64,000 nucleotides of DNA from NCBI GenBank assembly GCA_963780185.1, contig CAWABA010000003.1, forward strand, positions 1-64,000. Direction: 5' to 3'. A program made the position numbers and the translations under genes. Under the pieces are notes generated by a model. The model searched no databases. It had not been told where the DNA came from and saw only the letters and a program-made list of their open reading frames with translations. This DNA is from Candidatus Bathyarchaeota archaeon. Lineage in GTDB: Archaea; Thermoproteota; Bathyarchaeia; Bathyarchaeales; Bathycorpusculaceae. Shown piece by piece: positions 50,666 to 61,570 of the stretch (the stretch's first letter is position 1; each line of letters opens with the position of its first letter).

Positions 50666-51938
50666 ATGCCAATGCAGCTGACGAAGAGCAGAAAAAACCT
50701 CACTGACCCATACTTCTTAGTTCTATGCGTCATGGGAGCCTTCGCCATCTTAAGCTCCACCATGTCAAAAGACCCCGTGCTGCAACCTTTTTCGCTCATA
50801 AACTCAATACACCCGCACGACTTCACCGGGATCATCGCAGCCGCCTCCACCATTCCGGGAATCCTCGATCAGTTTGCCAGCCGCTTCATTATCAGACCAT
50901 TTCGGAAGAAGAAAAATCGTCCTACTCTGCAACATTCATCTTCGCATCGGCGCCTTTCCTCTATTTACTGTGTTACGGCTGTGGTGGCAGCTTGCACTCG
51001 TGAGGTTTTACCACGGCTTTGCAACCGCGATTTTCGTGCCTGTTGCAGAAGCCACGATTGCGGAGCAGTTCCCGGCAAAAAAAGGCAGACGCATCTCCGA
51101 TTTCAACGCTGCGACCTACGTTGGAAGGGGACTTGCACCAGCGCTGGGCGGCTACATTTTACTCTTAACGAATCAAGGCATGGCAACCCCGAGCAACTTT
51201 GCAACTTTGTACATAGCTGTCGGCGTGTCAGGCATTGTCGCGTTTGCAATTGCGCTTCTTTTGCTTCGGGAAACAAAAACCGCGCCCGCTGAATCGACGA
51301 AGGCGCCGTTTTCAACTCGGAAACTGTTGAGGGGTTGGCTTGAGGTTGCAACAAACAAGGGCACGTTAGTTGTTACATTTGTTCAGTCCGTGCAGTACTA
51401 CGTTTTCGGCGTCGTAGAATTCTATTATGTGCTGTACATGCAGCAGGTTGCAGGTTTCAACTCGTTTGCGATAGGCATCGTCATGACCGTGCAGATCGTC
51501 TCCTTGATAGTGTCTAGACCCGTAATGGGGCGCTTTTCAGATAGAACCAGCCGACGCATACCCGTTGTCATAGGATGCCTCCTAAGCGGAGCACTCCTGT
51601 TCATAATTCCATTCACCACGCAATACTGGGTGTTCATTCTGGTCTCTATTGGCTACGGCCTAGGCTTCGCCATGGTAATTTCGTCAACCTCGCCAATCAT
51701 GGTTGAGGTTAACCGTGCAAGCTTCGTTGGCACTTCAATGGGTTTCTTGAGCACCATGATGGACATTGGGCAAGCCATTGGACCCATAATAAGCGGCGTA
51801 ATCTTAGCGTCAATCCTTGGCTACAACGGGCTCTTTACATCGTTGACGTTGCTACTTGCTGCTTCAGCCGCCGTCTTTTTCGTATCAGGCATAGCCAAAA
51901 CAAGAGAAAACAAAGAAAAAGTTGCTGTAGCCCACTGA
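50666..51938 (+). CDS. MFS transporter (several indels in the 5' third)
   Basis: SD.FGRRK and GRFSDRTSRR motif A, RFYHG; the N-terminal half is split over three frames. Confidence 0.8.
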
Positions 51939-51953
51939 ACAAATGTTTTTCAA

Positions 51954-52367
51954 TTAGGCTTTAGGTTTGCCGCTGAAGTATTCTTTTAGCGGGTTCCAGT
52001 AGAATTCCGTCCAGCCATCGGCAATCTCGTCGGCTTGGTCTTTAGGAACCCCAGAGTGAACCATGCAGATTTCTGTCCCGCCGGGAACCGCTTTAAAAGT
52101 TAACTCCAGCTTGGAAGCGGGGTAGCCTTCTTCCCAATCCGTCGAAGTCCACTCTTGAACTATGCGTTTGCCATCTTCAAGCTCTAGGTATTTCCCAATA
52201 ATGTAGCCGTCCCAAGCCGTCATTTTGCCGCCGACAACCGCTTTGCCAGTGGCTTTGCCGCCTGTGAATTTCGCGTGTTTTTTTGCGTCAACGTAAGCCT
52301 CATAAACTTCCTTGGGTGAGGCTGGAACGACAACGGTTTGCTTTATCGTGGTTACTTCGGGTTTCAT
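51954..52367 (-). CDS. SRPBCC/AHSA1-like domain protein
   Basis: ASPKEVYEA, RIVQEW, GT.I...H, GWTEFYW.PLK.Y. Confidence 0.85.
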   Translation of the reverse strand: MKPEVTTIKQTVVVPASPKEVYEAYVDAKKHAKFTGGKATGKAVVGGKMTAWDGYIIGKYLELEDGKRIVQEWTSTDWEEGYPASKLELTFKAVPGGTEICMVHSGVPKDQADEIADGWTEFYWNPLKEYFSGKPKA

Positions 52368-52937
52368 GAAAATCAACAGTAAGGCTAGAGGCGACAACCC
52401 TTTTTAACTTTAACGCTTACTAGCCATTGACCAAAAATGGGAAGATGCACCGTAACTAAGGGACAACGCAGAATCGGCAGAACAATACGCAAGCTTGAAG
52501 GAAGCGTGGAGCTTAAGTTCTAAAGAAAGCAGCGCCAAAATAGCTGAGAAAAACTTCAAGCAGAAAACCCAAGCATCCCAAGGCTACACGAATGATTCGC
52601 CCGTGCAGAATTTGCGTGACCCCGCAAAATGGAAAAAGACAGATAACAAGTCAGCAGCAACCTTAAAAAAAATATTTGCCGAAGAACGAATTGGTCAGCG
52701 AATCACACGCTTAACAAGTGGTGGGCAAGACTTGGGAGTCTATCGGTTAGGGATATTATATGGGATGCTTGTTAAACGCTGATTCGCTGAACCTTGTTTT
52801 CTAATCGGCTGCTGTTCTCGGCAAAAGAAACATCCGTTTTTAGGCTCTTAATAGTTTCACAAATAATCTATAGAAAATCTATAGCGAGGTGCCTTTAAGT
52901 TCTTTAAGGCGGAAGCGTCTAGTTTTGATGTGATTTT

Positions 52938-53297
52938 ATGTCAGCTTCTTTGGATATTGAGAGTAACTGGAATTTCAGGATTTTTGACAAACGCCTCATT
53001 GTTGTAAAAACCAAGAGCGAAAGCATACGGAAAATGGCTGTTTTAGACGTTTTAACCAGCTTGATGTTTGCGGTTGAGGTGCCAGACATGGTTTCAATGG
53101 CGGAGCTTGACGTCGAAAAAGAGTATTTGGCGAACCTTAGAGTGTACACCTCCAAAAACGTTGAAGGCGTCGACGCGGACTTTCTTAACTTTTTTGAAGC
53201 CGTAGACATTGACCAAAACATAGAAGACTTCATCAAAGCCTACTGGGTTTACCCAAACAAAATCCTCTTCGAACTAATCGACCTCGAAGAACCCTGA
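52938..53297 (+). CDS. Acidic hypothetical protein
   Basis: 119-aa ORF with upstream TTTAAG boxes, convergent with ftsY. Confidence 0.6.
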   Translation: MSASLDIESNWNFRIFDKRLIVVKTKSESIRKMAVLDVLTSLMFAVEVPDMVSMAELDVEKEYLANLRVYTSKNVEGVDADFLNFFEAVDIDQNIEDFIKAYWVYPNKILFELIDLEEP

Positions 53298-53298
53298 C

Positions 53299-54204
53299 CT
53301 ATCGCAGTACCATGTTGACGAATTTTTCAGGGTTAAACAGTTCCAGATCCTTGTAGGTTTGCCCAACCCCGATGAAGAGAATAGGCTTCTGAGTCACGTA
53401 CGTTACGCTAAGCGCTGAGCCGCCTTTCACGTCAGCATCAACCTTGGTCAAGATGGTGGCGTCTACGCCGACTGCCTTGTTGAATTCTTCCGCCTGCATT
53501 ACCGCGTCGTTGCCGATCAGCGAATCCACGGTTAAAATGGTTAAGTCGGGGCACACGACACGTTTCACTTTGATGAGTTCGTTCATCAGGTTCTGGTTAG
53601 TCTGCATTCTGCCTGCCGTGTCAATCAAAACAATGTTGATTCCATGAGCCTTGGCGTGGTTAACCGCGTCGTAGGCGACTGCTGCTGGGTCGCCGCCGTA
53701 GTTGCTTTTGATGATGCGTAAGCCTAAACGTTTAGCATGTTCCTCAAGCTGCTCGATTGAGCCAGCACGGTAAGTGTCGGCGCCTGCAAGCACCACAGAG
53801 TAGCGTTTGTCACTGAAAAACTGCGCCACCTTAGCTACAGTCGTGGTTTTCCCCGTGCCGTTGATGCCGACAAACATCAAAACAAACGGCTCACCCTTCT
53901 TGCGTTTTTCGTCAGCTAACTTGAGCAAGTCAATTCTGACGCCTGTTAACATGACTTCCAAAAGAACCTGCCGCAGATTTTCCTCAACAACTTTTTTCTT
54001 GTCATCCATCCGTTTAACTTGGACGCCGACAAGACGCTTTTCAAGGTCCTCGCTGATTTTATCCGCTACTGGAAAAGCAACATCGTTTTGGCAAAGACTC
54101 ATCTTAAAATCTGCTAAAATAGGAGCAAGATTTTCCGATTTAAACTCGGCTGTAGTGACCTTGGTTACTAAGCCTTTAAAACCCGACTTGAGCTTCTCAA
54201 ACAT
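53299..54204 (-). CDS. ftsY: Signal recognition particle receptor FtsY
   Basis: GINGTGKTT, DTYRAG, DTAGR, TKVD, GVGQ. Confidence 0.95.
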   Translation of the reverse strand: MFEKLKSGFKGLVTKVTTAEFKSENLAPILADFKMSLCQNDVAFPVADKISEDLEKRLVGVQVKRMDDKKKVVEENLRQVLLEVMLTGVRIDLLKLADEKRKKGEPFVLMFVGINGTGKTTTVAKVAQFFSDKRYSVVLAGADTYRAGSIEQLEEHAKRLGLRIIKSNYGGDPAAVAYDAVNHAKAHGINIVLIDTAGRMQTNQNLMNELIKVKRVVCPDLTILTVDSLIGNDAVMQAEEFNKAVGVDATILTKVDADVKGGSALSVTYVTQKPILFIGVGQTYKDLELFNPEKFVNMVLR

Positions 54205-54208
54205 CGCT

Positions 54209-54649
54209 TCAAGGTTTCCCTTCTCTGCCCGATGAAAGCAAAGTTTCAAGCCTGCTTCTGCCCGTGTTTATCCGTTCAGCCACCTGGCTAAACTGGTTCT
54301 GGGCTGCATTCATGGTTTTTTCAAGTTCATCTAGCCGTTCTTTAAGGGTTGCTCTTGCTTCAGCCAACGTTTTTTCCACGGAAACGCCTGCGCCCATACC
54401 GACGATAATCGTGTTGGTGTCGGATAGTTTCGCTTTAACGTATGCGCTTCCGCCGATGGGAACCAGAAGTTCGGTGTTTTCTTTCTCTTTTTCAATTCCG
54501 TCTAAAGTCAGGTTGGCGTAGGTTAAGTCTGAGATGGCGGCGTTCACCATGCTGATGCGTTGCTGCAGGGTTTCTGCTGTCTGCTCAAGATACCGCATCT
54601 CCATGCTGAGTTTACGAAGCTCTTCTTCTGATTTATTTGGCTGAGCCAT
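54209..54649 (-). CDS. pfdA: Prefoldin alpha subunit
   Basis: Coiled coils around LVPIGG and IVGMGAGVSVEK; conserved gene order. Confidence 0.93.
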   Translation of the reverse strand: MAQPNKSEEELRKLSMEMRYLEQTAETLQQRISMVNAAISDLTYANLTLDGIEKEKENTELLVPIGGSAYVKAKLSDTNTIIVGMGAGVSVEKTLAEARATLKERLDELEKTMNAAQNQFSQVAERINTGRSRLETLLSSGREGKP

Positions 54650-54661
54650 ACGTCTATTCCC

Positions 54662-54889
54662 CTACATTTCAGCGACTATTTTCTTCAAGATGGGATTTTC
54701 AATTTGGTCAGCGGTAATTTCGTGGACATCGCTAATTTTGATGTGGCATCTCTTAACGCGGTGCCTGCTGCCTATTTCGGCGTAAACCTTCTCAACCGCA
54801 TGCTCGCTCTTTTCAGCTAACAATTCCCTGACGAACGGGGTATTCAATCTCGGCTTGAAGATTTGGCCGGTAACTTTGAAAGCTTTCAT
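54662..54889 (-). CDS. rplX: 50S ribosomal protein L18Ae/LX (eL20)
   Basis: EKVYAEIGSRHRVKR..IKI motif; lies upstream of pfdA. Confidence 0.92.
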   Translation of the reverse strand: MKAFKVTGQIFKPRLNTPFVRELLAEKSEHAVEKVYAEIGSRHRVKRCHIKISDVHEITADQIENPILKKIVAEM

Positions 54890-55053
54890 TTCTAATCTTT
54901 CCGCACAACAACCACAGCGTTCCCAATAATAAACATATTCACCGAAAAAGGCAGGTCTAAGCTATTTAAGCTGGGCATCTTTTTGCTTAGTCCATCGGGT
55001 TAACGTGCCCTTGCTTGCCAAACGGTTTGGCTGTCTGGCCCGAAAAACCTTTC

Positions 55054-55179
55054 TTAGCTGCTGATGGTGAAGGCTTTTCCGCATTTATCGCACACGTAAT
55101 ATTCGAGGTGAAACATGCGGTTGTCAATGGTTTTTTTGGGTTTTGCAACATCTTTGCCGCAGTTAGGGCACGTAGCCAC
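55054..55179 (-). CDS. 41-aa zinc-ribbon microprotein
   Basis: (M)ATCPNCGKDVAKPKKT...CDKCGKAF with GGAGG upstream of the GTG start. Confidence 0.6.
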   Translation of the reverse strand: MATCPNCGKDVAKPKKTIDNRMFHLEYYVCDKCGKAFTISS

Positions 55180-55321
55180 AGAAACAGCCTCGGAGGAGTC
55201 AGGAACAGACAAAGTACAAATAAACTTTACTTTTTCGCCTTTCCTAAGCAACCAGACAACGGCTTGAACTCTTGTGCCCTCTGAAACGGTTATTTCTTCA
55301 CAAAACAAAAAGGAAAAAATT

Positions 55322-55990
55322 TTACAAAGTTCCCAAAGCATGCTCAATTATGAACATTTCAGGACCAGTCGTCATGGAGCCAGCCACGGAAGCATGCGAG
55401 TTGGCAATTAAGCCTGTTCCAACGTAGGGGACACCGCAGTTAACTGTGCCGACGTCGACTGGAACTTTGAAAACGTCTTCCAATATCTTTCTTTCTTCGT
55501 CTTTAAGCAGCGGGTGAGCAAGCAAGCCTTTGTTGGTTGCCACAGCTAAGGAGCCGACGTAAGGTAACCCCGCAATCTCAGTTGGGACAACTTCGACACC
55601 GAAGGTTTCGCTGATTTTCTTAATCTCAGGCGCCTTCAAACGCGGATCAACCACCGCGCCCCTGTCGTTGACTAGAATCAGGTTGCCGAAGGCGGTCTTT
55701 TTTGATTCCATAATTGTGATGGTTCCTTCGAAAGCGGCTTTTATCTGCGAAAGTTCTTCTTCGCGAATCGCGGCGGACAGCAGCATGCCGTTGGAGTTTG
55801 CACACGCCAAGACGCCTGCAAGAACTGAGCCGCTTATCGCGGTGTAAACAAGCTTAACATTGAGCCAACCTGCGATTTCTTGGGCTTTTTCCAGCGGCAC
55901 CATCCGCGGAATCATCACTACGTTTTCGGTTGCCAGTGTGTAGACGCCTATGCTTGCGCTTCCAACGATGCTTGATAAGTAAACTGTCAA
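55322..55990 (-). CDS. eif6: Translation initiation factor 6 (aIF6)
   Basis: IGVY, ANSNG, GNLILVND, VGS.AVATNKG.LAHP, GTVN.G, ANS, TTGPE. Confidence 0.95.
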   Translation of the reverse strand: MTVYLSSIVGSASIGVYTLATENVVMIPRMVPLEKAQEIAGWLNVKLVYTAISGSVLAGVLACANSNGMLLSAAIREEELSQIKAAFEGTITIMESKKTAFGNLILVNDRGAVVDPRLKAPEIKKISETFGVEVVPTEIAGLPYVGSLAVATNKGLLAHPLLKDEERKILEDVFKVPVDVGTVNCGVPYVGTGLIANSHASVAGSMTTGPEMFIIEHALGTL

Positions 55991-56297
55991 GAACCAATTC
56001 TCCTACGAAAGCTCACGTGTCGATGTTTCATGCAAACACCCTATTTTAGATTGCGGTATCCAACGCAATTTTCAACAGGCACACGTTTGCCTTTGATTTT
56101 TTTGATGTCGAAACCCAAAACTGAAAAAGTTTTAAAACGCGCAGGATGTCATCCATAAAAAATTGGCTGTTTCTCAACCGCATAATAATTTGACAAATGT
56201 TTTTTCTTTTGTCCACATTCCCTAACGGCGTTTGTCAAACATTTGACTATAAGAAGGCTTTTGAGTGAAACGTGGGCTTCTTTAGACGGCGACTAAA

Positions 56298-56615
56298 ATG
56301 GAAAATTGGTTAAAAGGAATATTGGGGGGATCCGTTGGTCTCCTGATACTCGGAACAACAATTGCCATCGGCTATTACATAAGTATACAAGGTGCAATAG
56401 TTGCTTTCATCTGCGCAGTGTTGGTAGGCGGTGCTTTTCTGAGTCTTATTTACGCTATTGAAAATAATGACTTCAAAGCTGGTGCGTTCGTCCCAATTCT
56501 TTTGGCTTTAGCTATAATCACTGGAATTTTTGCACAACCACCGAGTGCTCCGACTTTCGGACTATGCATATTGACAGCAATTTTTGGAGCGGTCATGATT
56601 CAGCAAGGGGAATAG
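56298..56615 (+). CDS. Small four-TM hypothetical membrane protein
   Basis: Hydrophobic 105-aa ORF in an AT-rich insert. Confidence 0.65.
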   Translation: MENWLKGILGGSVGLLILGTTIAIGYYISIQGAIVAFICAVLVGGAFLSLIYAIENNDFKAGAFVPILLALAIITGIFAQPPSAPTFGLCILTAIFGAVMIQQGE

Positions 56616-56646
56616 AAAAACGTAAAATACCAAATAATCAAATAAC

Positions 56647-57282
56647 ATGACCGATAAAAGGGGGTGCATGATGATTAATCGAAGGTATAAGGGAATACTC
56701 GCTCTTACAGAACTAATCATAGTTTATGTAGTATTTCCTATTTTTAGCACCTTTGTACTTTGGTTAGCGATCATAACTCGAAGTACTTTCCTTCTTGCTT
56801 TTGCTGCGAGTTACTTCATCCTATTTGCTTTTGTGGCAGTTAGAAAAGTCAGATATGACAGCCACTTTTTGGCTTCAATAGACATCAAAGAGGCGCCATC
56901 AAACATAACCCAGTTACTCTCTGAAACTACAAGCAGAGGGATTCTTATCAATCAGCTAATAATTAAGACAATAGACCAAAACCCACGAATTTCGCAAACT
57001 GAATTACACAAAAAATTACCTATTCAACCGCAGATGTGCCCGACAAAAGAACGCGTGAGACAGTTCGCCGTGGAACTACAAAAGCTAGAGATTATCCGTG
57101 ATATGGCCTCAGACTTAAGTGAAGGAAAAAAATGCGTTTACATTTTGACTAAACGCGGTGAATGGTGCCTATTGGCAATAAAGCAATATTACCCAAGATA
57201 TTATGTGCAATTTCTTGTTAGGGACATTCTGAAAACACATTTCCGCAAAAACTTGGTCTCCTTTGAGTCACTAAATAACTGA
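56647..57282 (+). CDS. Two-TM protein with C-terminal winged-HTH
   Basis: Two N-terminal TM helices, then ISQTELHKKL...VRQFAVELQKLEII...YILTKRG. Confidence 0.65.
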   Translation: MTDKRGCMMINRRYKGILALTELIIVYVVFPIFSTFVLWLAIITRSTFLLAFAASYFILFAFVAVRKVRYDSHFLASIDIKEAPSNITQLLSETTSRGILINQLIIKTIDQNPRISQTELHKKLPIQPQMCPTKERVRQFAVELQKLEIIRDMASDLSEGKKCVYILTKRGEWCLLAIKQYYPRYYVQFLVRDILKTHFRKNLVSFESLNN

Positions 57283-57424
57283 TAGTGACTTACCTTGCCC
57301 TTTTTTTACTGTTGCGCCCAAATACAGCAACGACAGCAAGATGGCGGCGGCGGGAGGCTCGTCGACTGAAACGCAAATGCGTCCGCAATTGCTTTGCTTC
57401 AAGCAAGAATTAGGCGGGGACCAG

Positions 57425-57814
57425 TTATACCCATTTTGTTTTGAGGTTTGGGATTCCTTTGAAATGAGCGTCGTCTGTAATGAGCGTACACCCGTAGGTT
57501 TGGGCCGTTACAGCTATTATGCTGTCAGCCATAGGCATTTGGCGCTTGGTTCTTAACTCGGCACTTTGCACCGCAACCTGAAAATTCACGTCAATAATCT
57601 TGCAGTCAGCTTTGATAATATTGCTTCTCAAGGTTGCGACCTCCCGTCCTTCGTGCGTCATGTCGATGCGGTACAGTTCATGGATTGTTAAGACGGAAAC
57701 CATTTTTTCCTTTGGAGGCATTAATTCATGCTTAAGTTTACGTAAGAGCGCCGTGTCTTCGGAATAGAAATACTCCACGAAGAAGCGAGTGTCATAGAGA
57801 TGTTTTTCAGGCAT
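57425..57814 (-). CDS. vapC: VapC PIN-domain toxin
   Basis: YDT, TIHE, MADSIIA, LITDDAHF. Confidence 0.9.
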   Translation of the reverse strand: MPEKHLYDTRFFVEYFYSEDTALLRKLKHELMPPKEKMVSVLTIHELYRIDMTHEGREVATLRSNIIKADCKIIDVNFQVAVQSAELRTKRQMPMADSIIAVTAQTYGCTLITDDAHFKGIPNLKTKWV

Positions 57815-58037
57815 CTTCGTCACGCATCTGATCTAGCTCCTTCTTCAGCTCTTTGACATCGGCTTTCCCGGCGCTGGCTCCTGCTAAGTCAAAGATGCTT
57901 GGGCATTTCTTTATTACGATCTCGCCGTTTTTTTCCACTATCTGCACTCTAGAGTTTTCTTCTATGTGGAACTTTCGTCTAAGTTCAACAGGAATTGTGA
58001 CTTGACCTTTCCTTGTGACTGACATTTCGCAGGTCAT
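57807..58037 (-). CDS. vapB: AbrB/MazE-type antitoxin (VapB)
   Basis: VTRKGQVTIPVELRRKF; overlaps vapC. Confidence 0.9.
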   Translation of the reverse strand: MTCEMSVTRKGQVTIPVELRRKFHIEENSRVQIVEKNGEIVIKKCPSIFDLAGASAGKADVKELKKELDQMRDEDA

Positions 58038-58167
58038 ACTTGCACCTTAGTATACCTTTGGTTAAAGTATTACTTAAGGATTAACTGTGCGCGGAATAAA
58101 GCGCGTGCGAAACATGGCGCGAACCCTGGGAATATCGGAAAAGGAAGAAAGAGAAAAAGTTGGGATT

Positions 58168-59803
58168 TTAGCCCATGATGGCTTTGAGGTCTGCGTCGGG
58201 TGTGGTGATGGGCATGATGTTGAATTTTTCAACCAGCACGTTGAGTATTCCTGGCGTTATGAAGGCGGGTAGGCTGGGTCCTAAGCGGATGTCTTTTATG
58301 CCGAGGCTCAGCAGCGACAGCAAGATGGCGACGGCTTTCTGCTCGTACCATGACAGCACCAGCGAGAGCGGCAACTCGTTGATTGACACGCCGAAAGCGT
58401 CTGCGAGTGCCTGCGCGATTTTGACGGCTGAGTAGGCGTCGTTGCATTGTCCGATGTCGAGGAGCCGCGGGATTTCGTCGATTGAGCCCAGGTCTTTGTC
58501 GAAGAAACGGAATTTGCCGCATGCCAACGTTAGGATGATGGTGTTGCTGGGTGCTTTTTCCACGAATTCGGTGTAGTAGCTTCTGCCGGGTTTTGCTCCG
58601 TCGCATCCGCCGACCAAAATGAAGCGTTTGATGTGCCCGCTCTTCACTGAGGCGATGACTTTGTCCGCGACGCTCAACACCGCGTTTCTGCCAAAGCCCA
58701 CCAAAACCGTTTTTCCTTCGGCGTCTTCTTGGAAACCTGGCAATTGCGAGGGCTTTCTGGATTACTGGCGAGAAGTCTTTGCCGTCGATGTGTGGGACGC
58801 CTGGGTAGCCGACGGGTCCTGAAGTGAAGATGTTGGCTCTGTAGCTTTCGATGGGTCTTTGGATGCAGTTGGTCGTCATCAAGATGGCGCCTGGAAACTG
58901 CGCGAACTCTTTCTGCTGGTTCTGCCAAGCCGTGCCGTAGTGCCCGTAGAAATGCGGGTACTTTTTGAGGGCGGGGTAGCCGTGGGTTGGCAGCATTTCG
59001 CCGTGAGTGTAGACCGTGATGCCTTTGCCTTCGCTTTGCTTAAGAATCGCCTCCAAATCGATGAGGTCATGTCCCGAGACAAGTATGGCTTTGCCTTTCT
59101 TGTGCCCCAAAGGCACCCGCGTCGGAGTCGGATGACCATACGTTTCAGTGTTTCCCGCATCCAGCAACTCCATTGCCCGAACGTTGACCTCGCCGCACTT
59201 GAAAACTAAACCTACAAACTCGTTAGTTCCAAGCGATTTGTCAAGTGGAGCTGCGAGTCCCTGATTTACGAAATCGAAAACCTTGTCGTCTTTTTTGCCC
59301 AGCAAAGCCGCATGGAACGCGTAGGCGGCGACCCCTTTAAGCCCGTAAGTCAGCAGCCACTGAAGCGAATGCTGGTCAGGGTCCATGGTTGAATCGGAGT
59401 TTATCCCGAAAAGTTTTCCTTGCTGTATCAAGCCGGCGGTTGTTTTTTCAAGTTGCAAATTGAATGTTGAGTTTACTTTGCCTTTTAGGGCATATAGTCT
59501 GCTGCGGAGCTGTTCCTGGTACTGCGCTGTTTTCCTGATGTAGGCGCTTATTGCCTCTGGGTCGAAGTTCACATTTGTTAAAGTAACGAATAATGCCTCA
59601 GCCGTGAAAAGGTCAACGTCTTCATCTTTTACCCCTGCCTTTCGGGCTTCAGTCGAAAGTTGCCCGAGTCCACGAAGCATGTAGACAAGCAAATCCTGAA
59701 GCGCCGCGACATCGGCAGTTTTCCCGCAGACACCCGCCACCGTGCAGCCTTGCCCCTTAGCGGTTTGTTCACATTGATAACAGAACATTTGATTTTGACT
59801 CAT
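58168..59803 (-). CDS. hcp: Hybrid cluster protein / hydroxylamine reductase (frameshift near 58742)
   Basis: [53 protein letters not shown]. Confidence 0.94.
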
Positions 59804-60483
59804 AACTTACACCTTTGCAAGATAATAGGCTCCTTTGCAGATAGACATTGCCCCGAACATATCAGGGATTTTGGTTAACGACCCCAGTTAGGAAAACACA
59901 GAATGCGCAAGCTGTAAAAAAAATCCGTGGCAAAAGCTGGTTCTAAAATCTTTTAAGCAAATAGCAAATACAAAAGTATTAGTGCTAGGTTATGAATAAA
60001 GAATGTTGATTGCTAAACTAAATCGAAATCGATAATTATAGCGATGGTTTAGTTTAATTCTGGTAAACAATGTCATTTTGATAAATCAAATTTTAGAAAA
60101 TTATTTCACATGCATCTAGATACATTCGCCTTTACTATATTGGTTTTTTATTCGGACATGATAATTCTTTTATTTCTGGTTTATTTTAAGGAGTAGTCAT
60201 AATAAAAGCAAGTAAACCCTTCTCAGAATGCCCCTCTGCCCTCGTGAGAATTTATTCTTTAGAATTGGTGAATAAAATTTGGGTAAAGAACATAAGTTTA
60301 GGAAAGACTTTACTCCAGAGCAATATGCTTCATATTTCGAACGAAAGGCCAAGAATCCAGACGCGCTAATATCTAAAAACAATGAAACGCGGAATTCAAA
60401 ATTTAAAGACAAAAAGAGCAAGGCATAATTTTTGTTTTTTCTTACGTTTTAACCCAAAAAGTACCTATGCGGGTACGTGTTGC

Positions 60484-61437
60484 CTAGAATTTGGTTAGGT
60501 CAAAGCCGACTCTGTTAGACAGCTGAGGCAGGTCGTTTAGGATATAGACGAAAGCCAAGCCCCGCCAGTCGCCCCATCGTTCCTCCGCGACTTTTTTGAG
60601 TTCAGGAATCGCTTCCCGCGGGTCAGCAGGTTTCTTGCCGTGGAACAGGACACCAAAGATTTTGGCGCTCCAGACATCAAGCGGAAAACCCATCCGCGGC
60701 ATCACCAATTCGGCTGAGTACTCGCCGATTCCCCGCAGCGTCCGAAGTTTTTGTTTTGCTTCTTCAGGAGCCATAGCCCACAAGTCATCCATGCTTGGGA
60801 AACCCTGATTCAACGCCTCCGCTATTGCCTTGAGGTTTTTGGCTCTGTACCCAAGTTTAGCCTTCGCCATAAGCTCCTCAACCGACGTGTGGGCAATTGT
60901 TTGGGTGGATGGCCAGTATCGCATGGTTTTTCCGTCGAAGCTGGCTTTGTCGCCGAACTCTGTAATCAGGGAGTCCATCATTTGGTTGCTTCGCTTCATG
61001 GGCGCCATCTGCAGGGTAACAGCTAAAATCAAGGCGGGAAACAGCTCGGGCCAACCCACGGTGTGCATACCGTACAGGTCTTTGACTACGGCGCGGAGAA
61101 TATCGTCTTTGCTGCTGAGCTTGTAGAATTCTTTGAGGTCTTCCTCGGCTTTCAGTGCTCTTTTTAGCATCCGCGTCACGGCTTGCTTTTCGGTGGCTTC
61201 AAAGGCGGTTTTGGAGTAGGCGGTGCATTGGATTTTTGGTTTCTGCACGGTTCCTGTGGACCATATTTTCAAGCCTAAAAGGTCTCCGTTAAAACGCGTG
61301 AGTGTCCAGCAGGTTCCTGATTCGTAGACTTCGTCGGGTGTTGACCACCACCAGCCAGCAGGCTTGCGCAAAGTAAGGTCAAAGCTGTAGGGTGGAATTG
61401 CCTCAAACTCATCTGAAAATGCTTCTCTCAAATTCAC
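60484..61437 (-). CDS. HhH-GPD DNA glycosylase (AlkA/Ogg-like)
   Basis: LGYRAK, LRGIGEYSA, FPLDVW, WGDWRGLA. Confidence 0.85.
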   Translation of the reverse strand: MNLREAFSDEFEAIPPYSFDLTLRKPAGWWWSTPDEVYESGTCWTLTRFNGDLLGLKIWSTGTVQKPKIQCTAYSKTAFEATEKQAVTRMLKRALKAEEDLKEFYKLSSKDDILRAVVKDLYGMHTVGWPELFPALILAVTLQMAPMKRSNQMMDSLITEFGDKASFDGKTMRYWPSTQTIAHTSVEELMAKAKLGYRAKNLKAIAEALNQGFPSMDDLWAMAPEEAKQKLRTLRGIGEYSAELVMPRMGFPLDVWSAKIFGVLFHGKKPADPREAIPELKKVAEERWGDWRGLAFVYILNDLPQLSNRVGFDLTKF

Positions 61438-61570
61438 ACTGGAACCCTAAATATTCAAGACGGAGCTGAGATAAAAAAGATTAGGGTTCTACGGTGGATT
61501 AGGGGCAAGTTTGCAAGAATACCTTATTAGCGATGCCCAAGTTGAATCTTCATGCTTGATGGCGATGGGT

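Noticed and set aside
52437-52782. Short ORFs between the SRPBCC gene and 52938
   Set aside because: No recognisable motif; the AbrB-like resemblance of MGRCTVTKGQ is too weak.
57340-57365. GC-rich stretch resembling a tRNA 3' end or att site
   Set aside because: No TTCRA T-loop, no partner repeat and no integrase in the window.
23548-59803. Programmed frameshifting or Sec/Pyl readthrough in AOR, Hcp and others
   Set aside because: The breaks are frame changes rather than in-frame stops, lack a shared slippery motif, and are best explained as sequencing insertions.
59990-60430. Very AT-rich segment with hydrophobic fragments
   Set aside because: Frames are interrupted by stops; it may be a decayed membrane gene but cannot be called.
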